Shown: piece after piece, positions 16,714-25,307 of the stretch
Layout: the number at the start of each line of letters is the position of its first letter
Position numbering within the stretch: position 1 is the stretch's first letter
IMG/VR virus record: IMGVR_UViG_3300037286_000008
Coordinates: 1-29,698 of that record
Length of the DNA stretch: 29,698 bases
Reading direction: 5' to 3' (one strand)
Source: a virus
Taxonomy: Duplodnaviria; Caudoviricetes
The notes under the pieces: model-generated
What the model saw: only the letters and a program-made list of their open reading frames with translations
What the model was told of the DNA's origin: nothing
The model's database searches: none
Position numbers and translations under genes: made by a program

Positions 16714-16743
16714 TACAAGGGGTGCTACATAGCACCCCTTGTA
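16714..16743. terminator. Motif A copy 16 at the convergence of the two arms; possible bidirectional terminator
   Basis: TACAAGGGGTGCTACATAGCACCCCTTGTA occupies most of the 40 bp between convergent stops 16707 and 16748; repeat is certain, terminator role inferred. Confidence 0.6.
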
Positions 16744-16747
16744 TCTT

Positions 16748-17086
16748 TTAAGCAACGTATCTAAAATACTTATCCCCTTTTAATCTCACTCCTATATAAT
16801 ACAATTCACACCAAGGACGATATTTCAACCATTTGTACCAGGGTAGCTTTTTACAATCTCGTATCATCGCCTTTCTTAGCTCTATATCGCATTTAAGTCT
16901 GTCTTTTTCAGTTCCCCCTTTATAGTATCCATAGTCATGGTGGTCACAAGAAGTATCAAAGAAGACCGCATAAGGAGGAGTTATAATTCCCCCTTTCCCC
17001 CCACATCCGTTACATATGAGATACATTTCTTCTTCAGTCAACTCTTCAAATTTTTTCCAAGTTCCGTCAGGATGTTGACCTAACAT
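16748..17086 (-). CDS. Phospholipase A2-like fold phage protein
   Basis: CNGCG...F...CDHHDYGY..GG...DR..CD; CxxHDxxY is the PLA2-type motif. Confidence 0.7.
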   Translation of the reverse strand: MLGQHPDGTWKKFEELTEEEMYLICNGCGGKGGIITPPYAVFFDTSCDHHDYGYYKGGTEKDRLKCDIELRKAMIRDCKKLPWYKWLKYRPWCELYYIGVRLKGDKYFRYVA

Positions 17087-17090
17087 ACTC

Positions 17091-17240
17091 TTAATTCCCT
17101 TTCATTAGTGCAAAGAATCCCGTAACCGCTGCTGCCGCTAAAGGACTCCCCGCCTCAAAATTAATAATTAAAGATACTAATACGATTGCCAAAATAGCAA
17201 TTACCATTAATCTCTGAGTTATAGGAGTTAATTCTACCAT
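17091..17240 (-). CDS. Small hydrophobic holin-like protein (49 aa), not in the ORF track
   Basis: Hand translation MVELTPITQRLMVIAILAIVLVSLIINFEAGSPLAAAAVTGFFALMKGN; AGGAGA RBS; two hydrophobic segments. Confidence 0.6.
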   Translation of the reverse strand: MVELTPITQRLMVIAILAIVLVSLIINFEAGSPLAAAAVTGFFALMKGN

Positions 17241-17254
17241 ATTAATTTTCTCCT

Positions 17255-17530
17255 TTATTTAGATATCTTACCAGATGAATCAAGTTTCCCTTCTTTTTTT
17301 AATTCAGAAACAGCTAAGGCTATCACCTTTTCTTGAATTAAACTTTCCTTTTGTGAAGAATCCGTTTTTAACTTATTTACTTCCGACTTTACCGCATCAC
17401 AATCTTCCAAGGTTGGTTTTATTCCGGTATGACCATTACCATACCTGATAGTACCATCATCAAAAACCGAACACTTAGCATTAGGATTAAGATGTATTAT
17501 ACAATCTATAATTTCACATGGGTCTATCAC
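17255..17530 (-). CDS. Tail-fibre-associated small protein (XkdW-like / chaperone)
   Basis: Directly after and overlapping the tail fibre stop; I..L.P.A...V......W/Y...KPT pattern. Confidence 0.55.
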   Translation of the reverse strand: MIDPCEIIDCIIHLNPNAKCSVFDDGTIRYGNGHTGIKPTLEDCDAVKSEVNKLKTDSSQKESLIQEKVIALAVSELKKEGKLDSSGKISK

Positions 17531-18675
17531 GGTGTCACCTCCTGTACAGTTATACTTGATATAAGAACTCCGCCAAACTTTCTACCCGCAGATATACTAT
17601 TTATATAAGCAGTACCCGTTTGTGCCCCGACCCTAACTTTAAAAGTTTGGGCTGATGTGCTACCCGCAAGAATTCTTTTTCTCAGAATAAGAATTTGAGG
17701 AGTACTTGCTCCTGTAGTATATTCAGCTGTTGCTGATATAGCACTTGTTTCCGAGTCTCTAAAAAGAGCACAACATATCTGAGCATTAGTAGAAGCCGAA
17801 CAGTTAACAACTACCAATATATCTAACGAATTAGAGGCTGATTTAGGAGTTATTGAGACCGAAAAAAATTCCTCGCCCTCGGTGTTCTGTGGGATAGTAT
17901 CATCCCAAGGAATATTTACTGAAGTTCCTCCAGTAGATGTATATTCAGTAATTTTTGATTGAACTATTTTTGTCCAGTCCCAAGAAGGGACACTTGCCCC
18001 CTGGGTTAGGACTTGTCCTACGCCTCCCTTAGCAAGACGAGCAGGAGTATTAGCAGCACTTGCATAGACTATATCCCCGGTTACGGTTAATAGAGTAGCC
18101 AATATATCCGGTATAAATTCGGAAGGGAAAATTGGATTCCCACTTCCATCATCAACCAATACTACTATGTCTCCTATTTCAGTTCCTACTATAACAAGCC
18201 CCACTTCAGCAGCGTCTACTGAATCTATAGTTTGAGTAATAGGATTCCATCTCCATAGCTGTCCTGCCATATACGGAGGAAGTTGATAGTCTACTTCTCC
18301 TTGATCTATGGGAGCAGAAATAGACCTATTCAAACGTTCAGTTAACTGTTGGGTAATCCAAGTTAATTTATCTAAGGCTCGCTCATGGGCCGTCTCTGGA
18401 AAAGCTCCTAATGCTGGATAGGATACTAATTGAGTAAGCTCCATTTCTCTGATAAGAGTAAGAGTAATTATACTACCATCGGGCGGATCATCAAATATAA
18501 CCGAACCTCCGGAAGGATTAGATAAACCAGTAATAGTAAATGGAGCCGTATAAGCAACTCCGTCCGCATATACTAACATATCCTCCTTAGTATCTACTCT
18601 AAAGTTATAGGCGAATTCATCATTAATCCCATCCGGATTATGATCTATTCTATTGATTTCGCTATCTACGGTCAT
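17527..18675 (-). CDS. Tail fibre protein with T7 gp17-like N-terminal attachment domain
   Basis: MTV.SE..R....DG....F...F.V; ERALDKLT...QQ; GDIVYASAANTPARL..G..GQVL fibre repeat. Confidence 0.85.
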   Translation of the reverse strand: MTVDSEINRIDHNPDGINDEFAYNFRVDTKEDMLVYADGVAYTAPFTITGLSNPSGGSVIFDDPPDGSIITLTLIREMELTQLVSYPALGAFPETAHERALDKLTWITQQLTERLNRSISAPIDQGEVDYQLPPYMAGQLWRWNPITQTIDSVDAAEVGLVIVGTEIGDIVVLVDDGSGNPIFPSEFIPDILATLLTVTGDIVYASAANTPARLAKGGVGQVLTQGASVPSWDWTKIVQSKITEYTSTGGTSVNIPWDDTIPQNTEGEEFFSVSITPKSASNSLDILVVVNCSASTNAQICCALFRDSETSAISATAEYTTGASTPQILILRKRILAGSTSAQTFKVRVGAQTGTAYINSISAGRKFGGVLISSITVQEVTP

Positions 18676-18694
18676 AATAAAATCTCCTAATATG

Positions 18695-18718
18695 AAGGGG
18701 TGCTACATTGCACACCTT
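18695..18718. repeat. Motif A copy 17
   Basis: AAGGGGTGCTACATTGCACACCTT. Confidence 0.9.
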
Positions 18719-21039
18719 TATTTGGGTTTAGACCAGTACTCTTGGCCTTGTTTTCGCATCCATTTTTCCGTTCTCTGAAGTCGAGAATAATAATCCGGAT
18801 CAGTAAAACGCCTAACTTGATCTAACATTAATCTTTCTACGGCAATTCGAGTATACCATAACCTTAAAGGAAATGCTAATTCTTCCCCAGCTTTTTCTAT
18901 AGCGGGAAGAAGTTTATTTTCCCACGCTTTACCTGTTTCCATAGCCTCTTTATAAGATCCATGCATAACAGTTATGATTCGTTGAAGATCCCCTACCGTA
19001 GGCCCTCCGATCATTCCGGGAACTCCCCCAAACATTTTAGGATCGTTTAGAAATATATCTGCAACTGGACCACCTACGCCCCCTTGAACGAAACCTTCCA
19101 GAACAGTCTTAGGAGTAATATCTTTAGGAGTTTTTCCTTTAGCTGCATCTTTCAGCATAGAGATTAAGACTCCCATTATGGTGGTAGTAGTTATTAAGCT
19201 GGTTCCATAAGCCAATCGTGTCCCAACCCCCAGCCCTTTATCTAACATCATCGAAAAGTTTGATACCATAACCGATATACCAAAGGTTTTAAACTGAGTT
19301 CCGACCTTTATAAGCTCGTTTGCAGCCGTGTTAGTTGGAGCCCCTAACGTAGACAGGGCTTTCATCTTAGCGTTAGGTTCGGGAATAGCAAGCGTCATCT
19401 CTTCTCGAATCATACCTACTAAATTAGCTTTAGTAACGTCATCTAAAGCTTCTCCCATTGGGTCTATAAAAGTAACTCCATCTTTAGTAAACTTAGATTT
19501 ACGAATAGTATCCCAAGAGGTATCGTTAAAACCGTATCTTTCAAAAGCTCGTTTTAGTCCTGGGGGGAGTGAGTCAAATTTAGAAGCAGAATGATCCGCC
19601 ATAGAGGATAAGAACTCTAACCCAAACGTAGCCTTAGCAGAGTTAGTCCAATGGTTCAGACCATTGGCTCTTATAGCAAAATCTGCAACTCTATCTAACA
19701 TAGAAGAACCCATTGAATCGGCAAAACGAGATACTGCTATAGCCTTTTGATTAGCGTAGTCAGCTAACAAACCTAAACGAGCTGCTACTTTATAATCTTT
19801 ATTAGTAACTAAATTAGATATCTGTCGAGTAAATACTTTTAAAGGATTCAAACCATCAAACATAGATCTAACTGTAATAAAAGATATATCAGATAAAGCA
19901 GTTATTCCGGATATAGGAAGTTTAATCGCCGTTTGTAAAGATCTAATTCCACGAGACGTGTTAGATATCCAATCATCCGCATAAGGGTTTCGGGCTTTAA
20001 TATTATCTAACGAAGCCTTAGCCCATTCCCCTGTTCGGGGATTACCTGTTATTCTTTGCGCTTCCACCACCAAATCATTTATCATTTTAGAGGGGTTGGT
20101 TCCTAACTTCTCTATTAACCCTATTTCTGTGGCCATAGAAGCTATATATTCTTTCATTGACTCAACCGGATTAACATGGCGTCCGTATTTTTTATTATAC
20201 TCCAGCCAAGCTTTTCCGTTAACAGGTTGTAATTGGCGGAACTGTTGGTGGGAGTTTCCTAATTTGTGGCCTTTAAGTTCTCCTACTTTTTCAAATTGTA
20301 ATTCTACAGCTCCTTCAGAAGTTATATTTTTGTATATCTTTCTAAGTAATTCATCATCTGATATTTCTTTAAAATCTGCCCGCTTCCTAAGATCAAAAAG
20401 TTTTTTAGCATCGGATATCCATGTACTTTCTCCGGCTGCTTTTAACCGAGTGGACATATGATTTACAGGAATATTAAATCCTTTTAACTCCGTTATATTT
20501 CCTCCAGCCCTATTAAAACGTTCAAGGATATCTTTAGTTACTTTATGCCAAGCATCAATAAGGGCTTGCCCTCCTTTGGGTATCTTAGCATCCGCATCCC
20601 CAAATATACCTTTAACTATATTCTCTATAAATTCCGGATTAGATGCTCTACGTAGGCCCATAAAAGTGGGACGAGTTTGATCTATTAAATCAATTAACTT
20701 TGAAACATAGGTTCCTTGGACCCCTTCTATATATTTATCAACTGATACCCTACCAGATCGTTGTCGAGTACCACTCCCGGAAACTATATCGAGTAGCGCT
20801 CTACCCACTGAAGCTTGTTTTTTAGTAGAGCTATTTATATAATCCACCAGATCTTTTTTAATATTAGAATCTATTATAGCCCCGTATTTTGAATGTGATA
20901 CTACTGCTCTGGCTTTAATGAGGGTGTCCTGCCAAAGGAAAGAATCGTTAGTAGCTATAGCCGTTTCAAGTTTAGCGTAATCTTCCGGCTCTAAAGCATT
21001 TTTTAATTTGAGTAGACAGTTTTTATTCATTACATACAC
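18718..21039 (-). CDS. Large internal virion / DNA ejection protein (BPP-1/APSE-like)
   Basis: Position before the tail fibre; FNRAGG.I, QFKTF, LKD..KGK.P, QGG..G...D, GPT motifs; hydrophobic helix near the C-terminus. Confidence 0.75.
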   Translation of the reverse strand: MYVMNKNCLLKLKNALEPEDYAKLETAIATNDSFLWQDTLIKARAVVSHSKYGAIIDSNIKKDLVDYINSSTKKQASVGRALLDIVSGSGTRQRSGRVSVDKYIEGVQGTYVSKLIDLIDQTRPTFMGLRRASNPEFIENIVKGIFGDADAKIPKGGQALIDAWHKVTKDILERFNRAGGNITELKGFNIPVNHMSTRLKAAGESTWISDAKKLFDLRKRADFKEISDDELLRKIYKNITSEGAVELQFEKVGELKGHKLGNSHQQFRQLQPVNGKAWLEYNKKYGRHVNPVESMKEYIASMATEIGLIEKLGTNPSKMINDLVVEAQRITGNPRTGEWAKASLDNIKARNPYADDWISNTSRGIRSLQTAIKLPISGITALSDISFITVRSMFDGLNPLKVFTRQISNLVTNKDYKVAARLGLLADYANQKAIAVSRFADSMGSSMLDRVADFAIRANGLNHWTNSAKATFGLEFLSSMADHSASKFDSLPPGLKRAFERYGFNDTSWDTIRKSKFTKDGVTFIDPMGEALDDVTKANLVGMIREEMTLAIPEPNAKMKALSTLGAPTNTAANELIKVGTQFKTFGISVMVSNFSMMLDKGLGVGTRLAYGTSLITTTTIMGVLISMLKDAAKGKTPKDITPKTVLEGFVQGGVGGPVADIFLNDPKMFGGVPGMIGGPTVGDLQRIITVMHGSYKEAMETGKAWENKLLPAIEKAGEELAFPLRLWYTRIAVERLMLDQVRRFTDPDYYSRLQRTEKWMRKQGQEYWSKPK

Positions 21040-22088
21040 TCATCTATTAATTTAAGGTTATCATCAAAACTATATACTAACTTATCTTCGGGGCTTAACT
21101 TAGCTCTATCCACTTCTGGAAGAGTTTCTATCGAAGGGGTGCTATGTTGCACACCTTCTTTAGGTTCTACTACAGGTTGCCTATCCATAAAAGCTTTCTC
21201 TTGGGCTTCTTTTATACCCTCTTTTCCTTCTTCTAATATAGGCGGTTTTCGTAGAGCTGCATCAGTATCAATAGATTCAGACTCTCTAAGTACTTTAGAT
21301 AAAGGGGCGTTAGGATCAGACTTTTTTAGAACGTGAACTATCGGTTCCAGTTCAGGGTTCTTTTCCGCTAATCTGGTAAATACATCTAATCCTTGGACCA
21401 CTGTTATATCAGACGGAGTTAGTATTTTACCTATAGTTTTACCCGCAGCGGCTAAACCTGCTGAGCCTAATCCAGCAAAGGCTATCTCAGTTAATACTGA
21501 AGCAGCATTATAATTAGCTCCTATACTATCTTTCCAAGAAGATTTAAATACTTGAGCAGCCGCCTCAATTCCTGTTTCTATAACTCCTACTCTTAAAGCA
21601 GCTTGCGCTATGGTAGCTGCACTACCATACCCTGTTAAAAAAGAAGTAGCATAAATAGGGTCTATGGTCATAGCATGAAGACGGCCTGCCATCTCTCCTA
21701 TGAATCCTCCAACTCCTTGTTGGGCAAAGATTTTTCCGGAACGTTCTCTATAACCAGAGTATTCTTCCAATTTAGTTTTTTCATACGTTTCTCTGTCTGG
21801 TACATCCACTAAACCTAATGTATTACGAGCATAGTAGGCAAGCCCATCCATATCATTACCATAGAATTCCGTAACATTGTCGGGAATCACGCCTTGGGAA
21901 TGGTAGTCTAATAACTTTTTATTCCGAGCGTTCTCCGTCTCCGAAGGGATAAATCCGGATATAATTGGCAAATCCTCCGTCATGGATAAACCTAAGGCAT
22001 GATGCCAGTTTTCTATAAAGCCTGTAGTTCTGGCATCTTCGTAGGTGGATGTTGGTTGTTCTATATCGGGTACAGGGTATAGTCTCAT
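21030..22088 (-). CDS. Putative internal virion protein
   Basis: Ala/Gly-rich hydrophobic middle (DP...GYG.A); lies between ejection proteins. Confidence 0.65.
   Translation of the reverse strand: MRLYPVPDIEQPTSTYEDARTTGFIENWHHALGLSMTEDLPIISGFIPSETENARNKKLLDYHSQGVIPDNVTEFYGNDMDGLAYYARNTLGLVDVPDRETYEKTKLEEYSGYRERSGKIFAQQGVGGFIGEMAGRLHAMTIDPIYATSFLTGYGSAATIAQAALRVGVIETGIEAAAQVFKSSWKDSIGANYNAASVLTEIAFAGLGSAGLAAAGKTIGKILTPSDITVVQGLDVFTRLAEKNPELEPIVHVLKKSDPNAPLSKVLRESESIDTDAALRKPPILEEGKEGIKEAQEKAFMDRQPVVEPKEGVQHSTPSIETLPEVDRAKLSPEDKLVYSFDDNLKLIDECM
21134..21157. repeat. Motif A copy 18, inside a - strand virion gene
   Basis: AAGGGGTGCTATGTTGCACACCTT, read on the - strand as EGVQHSTPS. Confidence 0.9.
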
Positions 22089-22097
22089 GATTATGTC

Positions 22098-24263
22098 CTA
22101 CCAAATTGGTTTAAGTAGTTGATTTAATCTTTGTTGAAATTCAAAATCCGCTCCGGTTTCCCCTCTTTTAATAGCTTCTACTTTATTTTCCTCTTCCCTT
22201 TTTTGCTCTTCTTTTTCTTCATCTCTCCAATCTTGGCTATTAGTAGAAGCGTTAGGATCAAAAGTAAACACAAACGGAGTTACTCCATCTGGTTTTTTTA
22301 CATAGGCTCCGTTCTTATCTTTTAATAAAGACATTCTTTTTCCGATACCTACTTGAGTTAGTTCTCCGTCTAAAAACATTTGCCGAGCTTGTTCAGGAGT
22401 ATACCCATACATCCGCATTTCCGGAGTTTCCCAATAAGAAGGTTTTATATCTCGCATAAATTTTTTATAAGTCCATCCGGACATACCAGGAACGGGAGAC
22501 TGAATAGTATAACCATTGTATTCTATCGCTCCTCCAGTAAGATTTTGAAACACTCTATCCATGCTATCATTGGACATATCCCCCGAAGCAGCCAGAGCAG
22601 CATAAAAAGCGTCTATAGTTTTGGTCTGTTGAGTAGGATTTCCAGCATACATACTCCCCATTTTTTGAATAACATAAGAATCTATTAGTGACTTATTTTC
22701 TTTAAAAAGTAATTGGGTCATTTTATCTTCTTTAAGTAAACGACTTCCTTTTAGAATCTGAGAAGCTAAAGGAATATAGTTAGATCCTTGAGAAGCTATC
22801 TGACCCGCAACTGCCCCAGTTCCGGCTATATCATATTTCTTTAACTGTTCATAAAATGATTCAGCATCTTCTCCAAGAGCTTTATTTATTGACATAAAAA
22901 ACTGTAACTGATCGGGAGAGTTTTCAATTCTATTTCCAAACTCTACTAATTCATCTACTTCTAAGAACCCCGTGAACGTTCCATATTTGGTTTGAAGAGT
23001 TTTAGCATCTGTTACTCGTTTTTTTAAAGAATCTACCATAGCTTCCGGAGACGAATAATCTATAGGAGAATTGTTTACCAACCCTACTTCTCTACCAAAC
23101 TTCATAGTATCAGTTCCCCGGAGAGAAATGCCTTCCTCATAAGATTTTTCTAATTTGTCTATTAGATAAGAAGCTTCGGCGCTTCCAGTAGAAGCAGCCT
23201 TTAACTGATCTAAGGATTTTCTTTGGTCTGTAGGAGTCTGAAGCATTATCTGAGCTACCACAGGTTGGTGTTTTATAGCCCACTCCATCTCTCTTGCAAG
23301 AACGGGGTCTTTATCCGTTATGGCATTTTTAGCAATATTATAATATTCGATATCTATAGGTTTCTTTTTCCAAATATCATCTACCATCGTCCGAGCGTCC
23401 TCTTTTAGAATTTTTATTTGGGACTGTCTCCCCGCTTCTTTAGCAGACTCGATAGTATGTATTGCTGAAGATAGACCGCTAACTAAAGCTACCTGATCTT
23501 CTGTAGGAATGTTAGAAGTCATAGCTTCATTATTATCTAATAATAACTGACGATCTCTTTTAAGTTTTTCTATATCAGCATTATCAGCATAGCCTAATTC
23601 TATAGATTCTTTAAAATAGTTTTTCTGCCTTGTTTCGGCTATCGTATCATACGCTTTCTGTTTAACATCATCAGGCAAACCAGAAGTATCAACTATCCCA
23701 GTCGCTCCGTCATAGTTCTTCTTTAATAAGGCTCTGTCTAACGCTATCATAGATTGCTTAGCATTATACATTATCTGTTCTTTAGAAGCCCTAATAGATT
23801 CATCTGCATATATAGCGGATTTTTTTAATGAATAAGCAGTTACAAACTTCTCTCTTAGTTGCCTATCAGAGATACGAGAAGACGCGTTATCTATAGATTC
23901 TTCGTATTTTCGAGATCTCCATTCCGCATATATTCTATGTTTAGGAACGGTTTGATCCATATTATCAATTCCAATCTCTCCTAACAGGGAGTTAAAATGT
24001 CCGTCATCAACTTCCATAGGATCGTATTGATCTTTACCACCATATTGGGCTACAAAATTGTCATCCGCTTCGTTCACTAACAGAGTCGCTTCCTGAAATT
24101 GACGCTCATTTTCTCTTTCTACGTATCTGTTAGATGCTTCTTGTAGGGGTATCCCTATAGCATTAAACATGGCCGTACGCATATTAGCTTCATGGAGAGG
24201 GGCTTTTATATCGGGAGTTCGTAAAGGTTCAACTGCCCCTTTATTTATATTAGGTAACCGCAT
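22098..24263 (-). CDS. Internal virion / ejection protein (721 aa, helical)
   Basis: AAGGAG RBS; size and order match the podovirus core-protein block. Confidence 0.7.
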   Translation of the reverse strand: MRLPNINKGAVEPLRTPDIKAPLHEANMRTAMFNAIGIPLQEASNRYVERENERQFQEATLLVNEADDNFVAQYGGKDQYDPMEVDDGHFNSLLGEIGIDNMDQTVPKHRIYAEWRSRKYEESIDNASSRISDRQLREKFVTAYSLKKSAIYADESIRASKEQIMYNAKQSMIALDRALLKKNYDGATGIVDTSGLPDDVKQKAYDTIAETRQKNYFKESIELGYADNADIEKLKRDRQLLLDNNEAMTSNIPTEDQVALVSGLSSAIHTIESAKEAGRQSQIKILKEDARTMVDDIWKKKPIDIEYYNIAKNAITDKDPVLAREMEWAIKHQPVVAQIMLQTPTDQRKSLDQLKAASTGSAEASYLIDKLEKSYEEGISLRGTDTMKFGREVGLVNNSPIDYSSPEAMVDSLKKRVTDAKTLQTKYGTFTGFLEVDELVEFGNRIENSPDQLQFFMSINKALGEDAESFYEQLKKYDIAGTGAVAGQIASQGSNYIPLASQILKGSRLLKEDKMTQLLFKENKSLIDSYVIQKMGSMYAGNPTQQTKTIDAFYAALAASGDMSNDSMDRVFQNLTGGAIEYNGYTIQSPVPGMSGWTYKKFMRDIKPSYWETPEMRMYGYTPEQARQMFLDGELTQVGIGKRMSLLKDKNGAYVKKPDGVTPFVFTFDPNASTNSQDWRDEEKEEQKREEENKVEAIKRGETGADFEFQQRLNQLLKPIW

Positions 24264-24281
24264 TAATTAACTCCTTGGTCA

Positions 24282-24305
24282 AAGGTGTGCTATGTTGCAC
24301 ACCTA
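24282..24305. repeat. Motif A copy 19
   Basis: AAGGTGTGCTATGTTGCACACCTA. Confidence 0.9.
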
Positions 24306-24309
24306 TATT

Positions 24310-24876
24310 TTAAGAAATAGTTAAAGGCCCTGAGTAACTTCCGGGTAGAGGGGATTTTTTAGGGTCATAGGTACTCCACATATTTCCTATAGCTCCCGCA
24401 GCTTTTCCAGCTGATCCCCAAAAACCCGTCATTGCGTCTGTATAGGCATTTCGTCCTTCAGCTAAAGCTGATTGATAAGACGATGCGCCGACCTCTTTTA
24501 GCCAATCCATTTCTTCTCGTCCTGCTTTCTCCAAAGCTCCTATATAGATTTCTGTAGAGGCTCCTCCAACTCCCGAAGCAGCCGCCCTGGCTCTTGCCAA
24601 GGATTCTTTTCTACGGTTCTCTTCTTCTAATCTTTTTAGTTTTTCGGAAGTAGTAGCCGCTTCCATTTCGGCTTTTCTACGGGCTTCATCTTTAACGTCA
24701 CCGGCTGCGGAACGAGAAGATAACATACTCGCTCCAGTCATAGCTAAAGAACCTAATGACATGGCTCCCCCAAGAGACAAAGCTCCTCCAGTTCCTATTA
24801 GTCCCGCAGTAGCTGCGGCAGTTCCTGTCGCAGCAGTCCCAAATAAAAGAGGCATTATTGCTGGTGCTGGTCCCAT
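24310..24876 (-). CDS. Small internal virion (pilot/ejection) protein, T7 gp14-like position
   Basis: Gly/Ala-rich hydrophobic N-terminus, coiled coil, ARAAASGV motif. Confidence 0.75.
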   Translation of the reverse strand: MGPAPAIMPLLFGTAATGTAAATAGLIGTGGALSLGGAMSLGSLAMTGASMLSSRSAAGDVKDEARRKAEMEAATTSEKLKRLEEENRRKESLARARAAASGVGGASTEIYIGALEKAGREEMDWLKEVGASSYQSALAEGRNAYTDAMTGFWGSAGKAAGAIGNMWSTYDPKKSPLPGSYSGPLTIS

Positions 24877-24878
24877 AA

Positions 24879-25307
24879 TTAAAGTTCTCCTTCTTTAAAT
24901 ATTTTTACGTACCCTATATAATCATAACCTCCATCAGCGGCTTGGAGCATACGATATTCTTCTACGAATCCTAAACGTTCTATCCATTTCTTTTCTATTT
25001 CTGATCCATCGGAAACAGTAGTATATATTTTTTTAAAATTCTTATATGCCGCTCCTATAGTAAGGGCTTTAAGAACTTCTTCTGATATCTCTTTAGGATT
25101 ATCTTTAATTCTATCACTAATTAAAGTAAATACTTGTCCACAGTTAACCGATACATTTGTTAGTCCTATACAAGCAACTATATCTTGGTTCTGAAAAATA
25201 GATACAGAAGCTGACGACATAAATAATATATCTAAAGCATCCGAAGGAATACTTCTCCAAGGGGCGTTAAGAAACACGTCTCCTTGTTCGTATTGTCGTA
25301 CATCCAT
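24879..25307 (-). CDS. GNAT-fold protein (T7 gp13-like position)
   Basis: ...KWIERLGFVEE.M...; lies between nozzle and internal proteins. Confidence 0.7.
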   Translation of the reverse strand: MDVRQYEQGDVFLNAPWRSIPSDALDILFMSSASVSIFQNQDIVACIGLTNVSVNCGQVFTLISDRIKDNPKEISEEVLKALTIGAAYKNFKKIYTTVSDGSEIEKKWIERLGFVEEYRMLQAADGGYDYIGYVKIFKEGEL

